Positions 50,964-64,000 of a stretch of 64,000 nucleotides of DNA are shown here, one piece after another. The DNA comes from Octopus sinensis (lineage: Eukaryota), in NCBI RefSeq assembly GCF_006345805.1, contig NC_043002.1, forward strand, positions 27,900,001 to 27,964,000, written 5' to 3'. How positions within the stretch are numbered: position 1 is the stretch's first letter; each line of letters opens with the position of its first letter. The position numbers and the translations under genes were made by a program. A model generated the notes under the pieces. The model saw only the letters and a program-made list of their open reading frames with translations, ran no database searches and was not told the origin of the DNA.

Positions 50964-53900
50964 AGACATTTCAAAACCCAACACAAACAACAGCCACACC
51001 AACACCACAAAAATATATACAGCAAACAGGCTCACAGCTATAGACACCAAAAACACAAATTTGATGGAATACATCAAATCAAAAACAAGCATAACAGAAG
51101 ATGACATAAAAACAAACAATCACCCATACACAACACCACCAGACCACATCAAAATATTACACATCTCCAAAAGTCTGCACCACACACTCAAAGGCATTTT
51201 CCCCAGTGCGGTTGGTAAATGCCAAAAATATCTAACAAAGAAACTCTACTGGGATCTCCTCGAGGACAAACCAAAGGAGGAGAAAGCAAAAACTTTCGAG
51301 CAGTAAGTAACCTTCTGTTCCTTTCACTTGTATTCTAATTCCTTAGGAGTATGATCAAGATTGGTTGTGTAAATGCGCGTGGCTTGGGGTCCCCTTGGAA
51401 ACAAAGGTACCTCTTAAATGACATAAAGTCACATAAGTTAGAAATCATAGCCATAAGTGAGACCAGACTCCACAATCCGCCGGCCCTAAAGACCATGTTT
51501 GGTGGACAGTTCAACATTTATTTTTCCCACTGTCTGCCAAGAATGGGCGGTAGTGGCACCGCGGTACTTTTTCGCAAGAGTTTGGATCTCAAAGTAAAGA
51601 CAATATTCGTAGACCCGGAGGGTAGACTGGTCGTCCTGGATGTCAATGGCAGCAATGGGTACGCTTTTCGACTCGTATCAGTCTACGCACCGCCCTTAAC
51701 AGGCCGGGCGGATTTCTTTCAACGTCTAGAAGTATTCTTGGGAACGTCTCGTCCTTTACTCTTAGTGGGGGATTAGAATGCTACCTTGGACGCGCATGTA
51801 GACTACGTGGGCAGAGATAGGAATAGACGGGGATGCAAATGCCTCAGAGACCTGCTCAGACACTTTCAACTGTCTGACAGGTTCTGACTAGACCACCCGA
51901 ATGCGCCAACGTGGACATGGAGCAACCGCATCGGGTCGTCGAGATCGTATCTAGATAGGATACTGTGTAGGACAGTAGATAGAGATAGCATAGGATGTCC
52001 ACAATTCCACATAGTCAGCTACACGGATCACAAACTTGTGACATGTACGCTAGACTTAGGTAAAACACTTAGGCAGGGTCCCGGATACTGGAAACTAAAC
52101 GCGTCTACCCATCGAGACAGGTTTTCAGAAACCGGATTAGCACACTAGTAAAGAGGGCTTTGACGGGAGCCATCATCAACAACAAATGGTGGTTTGCCCT
52201 CAAGAGAGCAGTAAAAGCAGAAGCGGTTAGGTACAGCAAAGCACTAGCCATAAATAGAAATAGAGTAGAGGGTGAGCTAGTTAAGAAGCTAGAAGAGGCA
52301 ATTAGAAGCAGCATCGCATCCGACGTTTTGGCGGCGGGGTTGGCCCTCGACCAACACTTCAACGCCAAACACGAAGGGTGTGCTGTCAGAGCTAGGATGC
52401 GTGCTCTAAGGAACGAAGGTGTTGGAGACGCGAGAGAGGCCCGGGTGGCAGAGGCGCAACAGGGCAACAAAGCTACCATTCGGTCTCTGGTAGATGAACA
52501 GGGGCGAGAATTGCACGAGCCAAGTAAAATGTGTGAGGCCTTTCAACAGAATTTTGCCCGACTGTACGGGACGAGTGGCGGGCAAGAACGTAGGGTGGAC
52601 TTCAGTGCCTACCTACACAGCCTACCACGACTCTCGATAAGAGAGGCAGGGTGCTGCGAAGGTGCCATCACGGCGGCGGAAGTGCAGGATGCGATGGCTG
52701 AATGCTCGGTGGACAAATCGCCGGGTTTGGATGGTCTACCCTACGAGCTTTACAGTTGTATGCCAGACTTGTTTGGAGACGTCTTGGCAGCGGCGTACTG
52801 CAACTGGCAGCAAAACGGGAGCATACCCGGTTTTGTGAGTCTAGGAGCCGTAACGCTGCTGAAGAAAGATTCAAACAAGGGGAACATTATAGATAACTTT
52901 AGACCAATCACTCTACTCAATGCAGACTTGAAAATTTTGGCCAAGGTGTTAGCCAAGAGGTTGGCGCTTGTCATCGAGAAACTGGTCGACAAGGCACAAG
53001 AGTGCGCCGTGTCGGGCCGGACCATCCATGACAACCTCCACCTAATGCGCTACATCATAGACAGGGTAGTTAACGAACCCGGCATGGGTGGGGCGCTGAT
53101 AAATTTGGATCAATCGAAAGCTTTCGATAGGGTAGACCATCGATACTTGGAGGCTGTCCTCAGAGCGGCTGGCTTCGGTCCCGTCTTCCGCGGCTGGATA
53201 GCCGCTTTGTACAGAGGCATCCGTTCGGTAATTCGCGTAAATGGACATCTATCGAGACCTTTCGACATCGCTCGTTCGGTCCGTCAGGGATGCCCCTCTC
53301 GTAACTTCTATACGTATTGACTCTCGAGCCATTATTGCGGAAGCTGGCAACTCTGAGGGGCATCCCGCGAGAACTGGGATGCGGGACGGGCGTGTCTGCA
53401 TACGCGGACGACGTCACTGTCATAGTGTCTAGCCACGAGCACATCAAGCGGGTCGGCGAGACACTGAAAAACTACGAAGCGGTAACAGGAGCGAAAATCA
53501 ACCGGGAAAAGTCAGTGGGCCTGCGACTAGGCACTTGGAGAAGCAAGCCCATGCCGTCCACCAGCGCCTCCGTCGTGGGACGCTGGACCGACGGACCGGT
53601 CGAGTTGCTCGGGGTCTGGTTCGGTCCGGACCTCTAAGTGGAGAAGAACTGGAACGAGATAACGAGTAGGGTGGTCACTCTCGCCCGGCAATGGGCCGAG
53701 AGGAAACTGTCCCTAAAAGGTCGGGCGGAGGTGGCGAACGCGTACATCGCGTCCGTCATCTACTACCGCCTGACCGTCGTGCCTTGTCCCGACCCTACCA
53801 TCACCAAACTAGAACACATTCTCTTTCGTTTCTTGTGGAAAGGATGCGTCCCGATGGTCAGGCGATCCATTTGCTGTCAACACCCGCTAAATGGAGGGCT

Positions 53901-55126
53901 GGGCATGCCGTGGTTGATGATGCGCAGACACGCGCTGAGACTGCGACATCTCAGGCTCTACGTAGACGACGGTGAACAGGTGTGGTCACCGTTTGTGAGG
54001 TACGCTTTCCCGCAGCTAGTCTCCATGACCGAACTGCAGTCGTGGATCAAAAAGAGGCCGAGGAAGGGCGAATGGCACCGCGAGTGTCGCGTTGGTCTCA
54101 AGCAACTCTGCCGTCCCGGGTCGACCTTGAGTGACTCCATCACAACCAAAGCACTCTATAGGGGATTAGTGGAGGGGAGGTACGACGACGATCTTGGGGC
54201 GAACCTGGACGTCGACGAGGAATACCTGACCCGCCTGTTCGGGACGACTTTCGGGCCAGGGCTCATGGACAACTTCCAGAGATCCCTGGCCTGGCAGTGC
54301 TACCCGTTCGGGATAAGCTCTACAGACACAGCTCGAGAAACACGGGGCCAACCTGCCCGAGATGCGGTCAGAGCGACGAAACCGTTCTGCACGCACTCGT
54401 GCAGTGTCCAACAATTTCCGACCTGTGGGCTTATGTCGAACAACTGCTGTCACATGTGGGACGAGTCGGTTTATCAGCTGAGTCTATCGTCAATATTGTC
54501 ACACCTTCTTCCTTCAAACGGGAAGGAAGAGCTATTTTCATCATCCTTGTGGCTATGGCGAATGACGCGTCTGAAAGGATTAGAGACAAACTCTTTCCTC
54601 TCTGGTCAATCTCTCATCAACTTCTTCAAGTACCACTTGAAAAGGAAAGTGAGAGTAGAGAGGCAAGTTTTGTCTAGCGAATGTTTTAAAAAAAATATGA
54701 GTGAATGTAGCAAGGATGGCACGTATGAATGACGAAGCCACCTTGACTATGATTCTATGAACCGTAAAAATTAATACAGAGAGTTGCTTATTTGCAAAAA
54801 AAAGAAATATAACATGTGACTTCATTGACCGATGTTACCGTGGTCTTTTCCGTAGGCTTTTCTTTCCACGGGTAAATCTCACCTGTTCTCCCCTTTACAC
54901 TTCATATTGACATTTCTGTGATAACGATCCCTATTGATCAATTTTTTTCCTTTCCCTCCCCCCCATTAAAAAATTTTTTTATTCTCCCCTTTTTTTGTCC
55001 TCTTTCTTTCCCTTTACGATCCCTTTTGATCGAAAACCAAACCCCCTTTTTTTACCTCCAAAAGAAAGCTCTACCTTGTAATTTTGTCCTGTCTGTGTGC
55101 AGCCCTGTGTGGCTAATAAAGAAACA
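50964..55126 (+). mobile_element. Tx1-clade copy C (5'-truncated within ORF1, third subfamily)
   Basis: Begins abruptly after (TATC)n in the ORF1 3' end (stop 51306); ORF2 from 51351; AATAAA at 55115, then (TATC)n. Confidence 0.92.
51351..54760 (+). pseudogene. copy C ORF2 (APE-RT-Zn) with premature stops
   Basis: Same motifs as A and B; in-frame stops, e.g. TAG in GD(W)NA at 51774. Confidence 0.9.
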
Positions 55127-55159
55127 TATCTATCTATCTATCTATCCATCTATCCATCC

Positions 55160-55243
<84 letters not shown>

Positions 55244-55447
55244 CTGTCTATGGACGTGCTGTCACTTCGACTCCGAAGGTAATCGTTTATTTTGACTATT
55301 TATAGCCCAATTTTGTGTACAATTTTGTAAATAAGTTGTGTAAGGCACCGAACTTTCGTTTGAGTGCTTTTCCAAGGGAGGAATTCGCCCCTAGGGGCAG
55401 TTTCAACCCTATTTAATTTTTGTAATTTCTTTCTAGACATTTTCAAA

Positions 55448-57626
55448 ATGTCAAGAAATTGTATTGTAGAACGATGGTCGCTTTCCTTTATCGACCAGCT
55501 TTCACCTAGACTGGAAACGCTAGGAGAAAAAAAAGAATTTTTGCGCGCAAAGTAAAATTATCAATAACTTTGCAATGAACGCTACAACTACGTGTAGCAA
55601 CAGCCCTGTCACCAACACCGCCACTAGCAAGAACAACATAGAGACTACTACTGTTACCACCACCGCTTTCACCACCATCACCACCACCGTTGCCACCTCA
55701 TCCACTACCTCAACTACCAATAGCAACAACAATAACAATGACAGCAAAAATAAAAATTGCGCCACCATTTCGACATCTGCTGCCTCGGCTGTCTCTTCTG
55801 CCACTGACACCACCACCAACAACAAAAACAACAACAACAACAACAACAATTCCGTTCAGACCTGTTTTACTCCAACAACAAGAACTGAAGTGAATAAACA
55901 AAAAACTGTAACCACCAAACAGATTGACAAAAGCTGCTCGAATACAGGGATAAATTATGAAAATAATTTTCCACCCCTTCCTACTTGCACAATCGAACCA
56001 AACACACCAATTTTACAAACTGCAGCCAACAACAACATCACCACCAGCAACAACAATAACAAAACAACAACAAATTTCGCTGAGGCGATTAAAGAAAAAA
56101 AAACAACAGTATATTTTACTGCTCAACAAATACAAGACACGAACACTACAATAACAGAATTAGATGGTATAGTGAAGATAAACATACCAGAAGAAATATT
56201 AGAAGATGAAAAAAAGAACAATTATTTATAAAATAATTAATAAGAAAACAAAAAGCCCAGAGAAGGCTAACACAAGCAAAACAGAAAAATGCTTGAAACC
56301 CATCTGGAACTACAAAGACTATGTGACCTGGTGGAACAAGTTCGCACACATAAAAGTGGTTTTCCACACTGAAGAGTTAGCAAGACGTTTCTCAACGCTA
56401 ACTCTTCATTCAGATGAACTTACATTAACACCAAGCTATCGGGGACAGAAAGTGACTAAGATCACTTTAAACAATGTCCCAAAAATAGCTAATAATCTAT
56501 GGCTAGTAAAGGCTAGTAAAGGCCTTATGTGTAAAAATGAAAAATTTCACTATTTTGGAAACCATGGTCACGGAGCACAAAAACTGGGTGGGAAAAAAAG
56601 TAGAATTTCTACTACACGTAAATCAAGAAGACATAAAAAAAATACCCACCCAGATATGTGTATCAGAAGACCACAAGTTGTATGTGGTCGTCGATGGCAG
56701 AAGACCACGTTGCTACATATGCGGCAGTGAGCAACACCTAAAAAAAGACTGCAAATCTGCCGCAAGAAAACAACAGCAACAACAACAGCAGCCGGAAAAA
56801 ACAAATAAACCAGGTTTACTACCCACACCACGTTTTGCACGAACAAACCTCACCAACCAAACAACCACACCAACTGCAGCACCAAGAACAGAAGCAACAT
56901 CACCACCAACAACAACCAAGAATAAACCAACTCCCAAACCAAGGACATCTGCCAAAAAGACACTCATCGAAAATGAAGAAACAATTACAACTCCAAATCC
57001 CCACAAAATTGAGACCCCAAACAACACAACAATACCTACAATCACTCAAACACAAAATACCCACACCCCACCTCCAAAACCGCATACACCACAACCAACC
57101 AACACCAACAACAAAATCAACACAGTCTACAATAGGCCCCAATATTTTCCCTCTTCCAAGCTCTAATTCTTCTGATTTGTCATTAGACGAAGAAGACACA
57201 GAAGATTGGCAAATAGCCACAGGGGGGAGAAGAAAAAGGGGAAAAAAAGAAAAGAAAAAATAACAAACAAAGCAGGAAGATACACCACTCCCGAAACAAA
57301 AACATCCACAGAAAACAAACACATCAACACAAACACACCATCATCAAACCCCCAACAATGTTGACAGCCATAAACACAAACAACCACGACCTAATGGAAC
57401 ACATTAGGTCAAACACCAACATAACTGAAAACGACATAAAAACAAGTAACCACCCACGCACAACACCACCACAATACACGTAACACAGAACACATACAGC
57501 ACCCTGAAATCTCTTTACCCTGATGCAGTAGGGAGATTTCAAAAGTATTCATCAAAAAAACTATACAAAAGCCTCATAGAAGAAGACCGTGAGGTGAAAG
57601 ACAAAGGACTTTCGAACAACAAGTAA
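55448..57626 (+). pseudogene. copy D ORF1
   Basis: MSRNCIVERWS; Thr/Asn-rich tract; CYICGSEQHLKKDC; frameshifts. Confidence 0.8.
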
Positions 57627-57692
57627 CCTTTTCTCTCTCTCTTTCCTTTTTTGCACTTTCTTTTCGTGTGTAAAACACAATTTTATCGGAAC

Positions 57693-60600
57693 ATGCTCAG
57701 AATAGGCAGTATAAATGTACGTGGCTTGGGGTCGCCTTGGAAACAAGGCTACCTGTTAAATGACATCAAATCACTAAATCTGAATATCATAGCCATCAGT
57801 GAGACCAGACTCCACAGCTTGCGGGCACTCCAGCACATTTTCAGTACACATTTCAACATTTATTTTTCTCCGTGTCTACCGAGAATAGGCGGAGGTGGCA
57901 CCGCGGTGCTTATCCGGAAGAGTCTGGATCTCAAAGTAAGAGCAAATTTCCTAACCCGGAGGGTAGGCTGGTCGTTTTGGATGTCGATGGCAGCAATGAG
58001 TGTGCTTTTCGACTGATAGCAGTTTATGCTCCGTCCTTAACAGGCCGACCAGATTTCTTTCGACGTCATACTTAGATAGAGTATTCTGTAGGACAATAGA
58101 TAAAAATAGTGTAGGTTGTCCACAATTTCATATAGTCAGTTACACAGATCACAAGTTTGTGACTTGGACACTTGACTTAGATAAGACACATAGGCAGGGT
58201 CCTGGTTACTGGAAACTGAACGCGTCTTTTACAGCACGACAGGTTTAGAGGGACCGGATCAGCACCTTAGTTAAGAGAGCTTTGACGGGTACCATCATCA
58301 ACAACAGATGGTGGTATGCCCTAAAAAAAGCAATTAAAGCAGAATCAGTCAGACACAGTAGAGCCCTAGCATTAGACCGAAATAGAATAGAGGGAGAATT
58401 AGTTAAGGTTTTAGAAGAGGCACTTAGAACTGGCATCGCGTCCAACGTGCTGGTGGCGAGATTGGCCCTCGACCAACACCTCAACGCCAAACACGAGGGA
58501 TGCGCTGTCAGAGCTAGGATGCGTGCTCTGAGGAACGAAGGAGTTGGAGCCGCCCAAGAGGCCCGAGTGGTGGAGACGCAACGAGGCAACAGAGCCACCA
58601 TCAAGTCTCTTATAGATGAACAGGGGCGCGAATTGCTCGAGCCTAAAAGGATGTGTGGGGCTTTTCAACAACACTTCACCCGACTGTTTGGGACAAGTGG
58701 TGAGTCAGAACGCAGAGTAGACTTTAGTGCCTACCTGGATGCCTTGCCACGACTCTCAGCAAGAGAGGTGGAGTCTTCTGAAAAGCCTATCACAGCTGCG
58801 GACGTACAGGATGCGATGCTAGGCTGCGCGAGAGACAAGTCACCAGGCTTGGATGGTCTGCCCTACGAACTTTATTGTCATATGCCAGACTTGTTTGGAG
58901 GCGTCTCCTGGCAGCTGTCTCCTGCAACTGGCAGCAAAACGGGAGTATTCCTGCTTTTGTAAAGCGAGGAGCAGTGGCACTGATTAAGAAAGACCCAAAC
59001 AAGGGGGACGTCATAGATAATTTCAGGCCCATCACTCTGCTCAACGCAGATTTGAAAATTTTGGCCAAGGTGTTAGCCGAGAGGTTGGCGCTTGTCATCA
59101 AGAAACTAATCGACAAGGCGCAAACATGCGCCGTCCGGGTAGAAGTATTCATGACAACCTCCATCTGATGCGCTACATCATAGACAGGGTAGTTAGAATC
59201 CTGGCGTGGTGGGGCGCTGATCAATTTGGATCAATCAAAAGCCTTCGATAGGGTAGACCATCACTACTTGGAGGCTGTCCTTAAAGCGGCTGGTTTCGGT
59301 CCAGTTTTCCGCGGTTGGATCGCTGCCTTATACAGCGGCATCCGCTCAGTAGTTCGCGTAAATGGTCATCTATCCAGACCTTTTAACATCATGCGTTCGG
59401 TTCGTCAGGGATGCCCCCTCTCATCGCTGCTGTATGTACTAACTCTTGAGCCACTACTGCGGAAACTGGCGACGCTGAGGGGCATCCCACGAGAGCTGGG
59501 ATGCGGGAGGAGCGTGTCTGCATACGCGGATGACGTCACCGTCATAGTGTCGAGCTAAGAGCACATCGAGCTGGTCGGCGAGACACTAAAAGAATACGAA
59601 GCGGTAACGGGAGCAAAAATTAACCGGGAAAAGTCAGTGGGCTTGCGGCTCGGCACCTGGAGAAGCAGGCCCATGCCGTCCAACAGCGTCTCCATCGTGG
59701 GACGCTGGACGGACGGACCGGTTAAATTGCTCGGGGTCTGGTTCGGTCCGGACCTCCAAATGGAGAAGAACTGGGGCGAGATAACGACTAGGGTGGCTAC
59801 TCTCACCCAGAAATGGGCTGAGAGAAAGCTATCCCTAAAAGGTCGGGCGGAGGTGGCGAACGCGTACATCGCATCCGTCATCGAGTATCGTCTGACCGTC
59901 GTGCCTTGTCCCGACCCTACCATCACCAAACTGGAACGTATACTCTTCCGCTTCTTGTGGAAGGGAAACGTTCCGATAGTTAGGCGATCCATTTGCTGTC
60001 AACACCCGCTAAATGGAGGGCTGGGCATGCCGTGGTTGATGATGCGCAGGCATGCGCTGAGACTGCGACATCTCCGGCGCTTCATAGACAACGGTGAACA
60101 GGTGTGGTCGCCTTTTGTGCGGCGCGCTTTCCCGCTGCTCGTCTCCTTGGACGAACTACAGTCATGGATCAAGCAGAGACCGAGGCTAGGCGAATGGCAC
60201 CGCGAGTGTCGCGTTGCTCTCAAGCAACTCTGCCGTCCGGGATCGAACTTGTGCGACTCCATCACAACAAAGGCATTCTATAGAGGATTAGTGGAGGGGA
60301 GGTGCGACGACGAACTCGGGCAGAGACTGGGCGTCGACGAGGAACACCTGACCCGCCTGTTCAGGACAACTTTCGGGCCGGGACCTATGAACAATCACCA
60401 AAGATCCCTGGCCTGGCAGTGCTATCGAGAAGCATTACCTGTTCGGGATAAGCTCTACAGACACGGTTCCAGACACACTGGACCGACTTGCCCGAGATGC
60501 GCTCAGAGCGACGAAACCGTTCTGCACGCACTCGTGCAATGTCCAGCCATTTCAGACCTGTGGGCTTATGCCGAATGGCTGCTGTCACGTGTGGGACGAA

Positions 60601-60908
60601 TGCGCCTATCGGCCGAGTCTATCATGAGAGTTGCTCCGCCCCCTTCCCTCAACCGGGAAGGCAAGGCAGTTTTCATCGTACTGGTGGCCATGGTGAAAGA
60701 ATGTGTGTGGTGGACCCGAGCGAAAGGATTAGAGACAAACACTTACCTCTCTGGCCAATCGCTCATCAACTTTTTCAAGTACCACTTGAAAAGGAAGGTG
60801 AGAATGGAGAGGGAAGTTTTGTCTCGCGAAAGATTCAAAAAAAGATGGGTGAATGTTGCAAAGATGGTGCGTGCTAGTGACGAAACCATTTTGAGCATGA
60901 TCCTGTAG
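57693..60908 (+). pseudogene. copy D ORF2 with 220-bp deletion in the endonuclease
   Basis: RT and Zn motifs present; the GDWNA segment is missing at the 58067/58068 junction. Confidence 0.9.
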
Positions 60909-61205
60909 ATCGTAAAAAAGAAAGAAAGAGAGCATTTTGATCTCATGTGGTTATTTCCTCCCTGACTGAGGTTCCCGTGGTCTTTTCTGTAGGCTTTTCT
61001 TCCCACGGATGAACCCAATTTTGTTATATCAATGTTTTTATCATTATTTCTGTGATACACGATTTTTTTTTTTTTTTTCCTCCTCACGATTCCTTTTGAT
61101 CGCAATCTTATATTTATTTTCTTTTTTTCCCACACTCGAAAAGAAAAGCTCTGCATTTGTATTTGTCCCCTCTGTATTCAGCCCTGTGTGGCTAATAAAA
61201 GAAAG

Positions 61206-61425
<220 letters not shown>

Positions 61426-61584
61426 CACATTATTCTTCTTTCCCAATCACATACTCTAACTCTTTCTTTCTCCAAGAAAAAAATAATACATAACAGACCA
61501 GCCAACCAGCCAAGCAAACAAACAAAACAAACTCGAACATAAAGTAATACAAGAACAGATAAAAAGTGAAATAACAAAGCAAAG

Positions 61585-61619
<35 letters not shown>

Positions 61620-61621
<2 letters not shown>

Positions 61622-62290
61622 TAGACTTAGATAAACTTAGATATGTTTCGACCAATGATTGGTCCAGGCCATGTCTAACTTAATAGCACCACCTGATAGG
61701 ATTATTTGAATCATGTTTAAGTCAAGTTTTGTTTATGGTCCATTCAAGTAGTGAGTTTTTGTTGGGTGAGTTGTATCCAATTATGGGTGGCTTATCTGGT
61801 ATTCCTTGAAGGAATCTATCTAGACTCCGTTTAAAGTTGATGGGATCCTGTTCCTCTTTGATCTCTTTCGGGACAATGTTAAATAGGGCAGGGCCTGTTG
61901 AGGAAAATAAATTATGTTGTACTGTACATGTATGCTGTGATCTTGAATTGGGCAGGGGACGTATGGCCCGTGGTCCCAGTCTTGGATGAACCTTGAAGCT
62001 AATGTTCAGGTCGTTTGGGCAAAGTTGGCGGTATATTCTCCATATCGTACAAATGATGTACCGCTCACGGCGACGCTGGAGAGAGTAGAGTTTCAAGGCT
62101 TTAAGGCAATCCCAATAATCGAGAGCAGCCATGCCTTCAATTCGTTTAGTGCGTGCTCTCTGGGGTGATTCAATCCTCAAGATGTTTTGTCTTGTATGGG
62201 GAGACCACAGTGGGCAGCAGTATTCGAGGTGTGGCCGTACAAAGGAGGAGAAAAGTGGTATGATGACACCTTGTTCTCTGGACCGTTGTT
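61620..62290 (-). mobile_element. 5'-truncated CR1-clade LINE 3' end
   Basis: VRPHLEYCCPLWSP..IES.QR..TKRI.G..LDY..L.L.LYSLQRRRERY is a typical CR1 ORF2 C-terminus; short 3' UTR then (TA)n. Confidence 0.85.
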
Positions 62291-62299
62291 CCTCATGTC

Positions 62300-64000
62300 C
62301 TGCAAATAAAACCCAAAAGACATAAATGAACACGTGAGGAATACATTTCTATCCTACACGCATACTTCACAGCAGTGCTCTACCCAAAAAATGAAAACAC
62401 AACAACACATACATATAAAATATGGAAGGAAAATAACATAAATATAGACTTGGATACAGCAATGAACCCTAATAAACTAGCTAACGTACGAAGATACATT
62501 CTCAACGCAAAAAAATATCAGAAATAGAAATAGAACATCTAAAAGAAAAAAATACATCAGGAAAATGTAGATAGAAGCCAGACAACAATGCCCAATAATA
62601 TAAACACTGAAACAGTAAAACACGAAGACAAACGTAACATTCCCAACAAACACGATGTAAACAAAAAACAACAAACCCAGACCGTAAGGATGCATAATAA
62701 TACACGACAAACAGCAAGCCAAAACACGGCGAACAAACATATAAATAAGAAAGAAAGCGACACAAATCTAGAAGCTGGAAACAACGAAGGGGAGCCTAAT
62801 GATTATGATAATATAAAAAGTAAAATAATCAAAGAACTGAAAACCACAGAGCTCAAAATGGACCGCCGACCATACTCCCAAAAATCAAAATAGACGAAAC
62901 AACAACACCAATTATAAACAGCATAAACCTAGCCGTCACGGAACTAATAGCCACTGAAACAAAAAGCGATATCACTGAGCTAAATGACTTAGTATACGCA
63001 GCAGCCACTGCAGCCACAAAAGAAGCTGGATACTCACTCAAACCCATCCAAACAGGAGTACCACTACCCAAACAAACCCTGTGGATAAATAACATCCAAA
63101 ACAAAATACAAAAAATGAGAAAAGATCTGTCGATTCTTAATGAAATCAGTAGACAATCAACGCTACTGAGCAACAAAAAGAAAACAAAAATACTCTGCAA
63201 ATATAACATCACAGATTTACCTGAGATAAAAGAAAAGCTGAAGCAAGATATCCTTACCAAAGTACAAAGGATCCGCCGGTACGAGAAACGCCAGTGCTTC
63301 TTTGAACAAAACAAAAAGTTCAACTCCAACCCCAAAAAGTTCTACCAAGAACTTGGCAAAAATAAAATAGAAACCACTGCAGCACCAACGGCAGAAGAAG
63401 GGAAGAATTCTGGAGGGAAATATGGTCGGCGAACGAGCAACCAAAAAAAAGGAGTATTTAAACAACAAACTCGCAGCATCTGAGCAACTTTGGACCCCAT
63501 AACAACTGAAGAGGTCACCCAGGCACTGCAAAGACTAAGCAACTGGAAGGCACCTGGGCATAACAAGATCCCCAACCTCTGGTTGAAATATCTAACAGGA
63601 ATGCACAAAAAGCTGGCTGAAAACTTTAACAACATACTAGCAGAGCGAGAGACAATGCCTGAATGGCTCACGAAGGGGAAAAACCATCTTAATTCCCAAA
63701 TCAAATGAGACAGCAAAACCAGAAAACTACAGACCACTAACCTGTCTCCCTACAATGTATAAGGCATTTACTGCAGTGATATCGCAAAGGTTGAACAAGC
63801 ACCTGAACGAAAACAACCTGTTTCCAGAAGAGCAGAAAGGATGCCGCAAAGGCTCATATGGCTGTAAAGATCAACTAATGATTAATAAAGCCATAACTGA
63901 AGACAGCCACAGAAAGAAGAAAGGCCTCAGTATGGCCTGGATCGACTACAAAAAGGCGTTTGATAGCATCCCCCACACATGGATCTTCGAAACACTAGCC
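62300..64000 (+). mobile_element. R4-clade (Dong/Rex6-like) non-LTR retrotransposon, 5' part, frameshifted, running off the window
   Basis: N-terminal K(W>*)TREEYI..KIWK..NKLANVRRYI; NWKAPG..IPNLWLK; NYRP.TCLPT.YK; EQKGCRKG..GCKDQL; MAWIDYKKAFDSIPH. Confidence 0.85.

Overview
AT-rich, microsatellite-saturated animal genomic DNA with one 100-N scaffold gap (33577-33676). The SINE types and repeat load look like a cephalopod (octopus-like) genome, which is an inference. No host protein-coding gene is recognisable; most short ORFs in the track are translated (TA)n/(CATA)n/(TATC)n repeats. Two systems stand out. (1) A ~23-kb head-to-tail array (38461-61420) of five Tx1-clade (L1-group) non-LTR retrotransposon insertions from three subfamilies. 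Each is bounded on both sides by (TATC)n, all are in the same orientation, and they share 5' leader and 3' RNA structures. They also show phase-compatible splice signals that could join a 10-codon 5' micro-exon, or ORF1, in frame to ORF2. (2) Four short elements from three unrelated families next to or within (TA)n carry type I hammerhead ribozyme folds with palindromic stem III. Two are long inverted repeats, the architecture of Penelope-like pseudo-LTRs. The rest is tRNA-derived SINEs, decayed R4/HERO-like, RTE and CR1 LINE pieces, a Merlin-like transposase relic and simple repeats.
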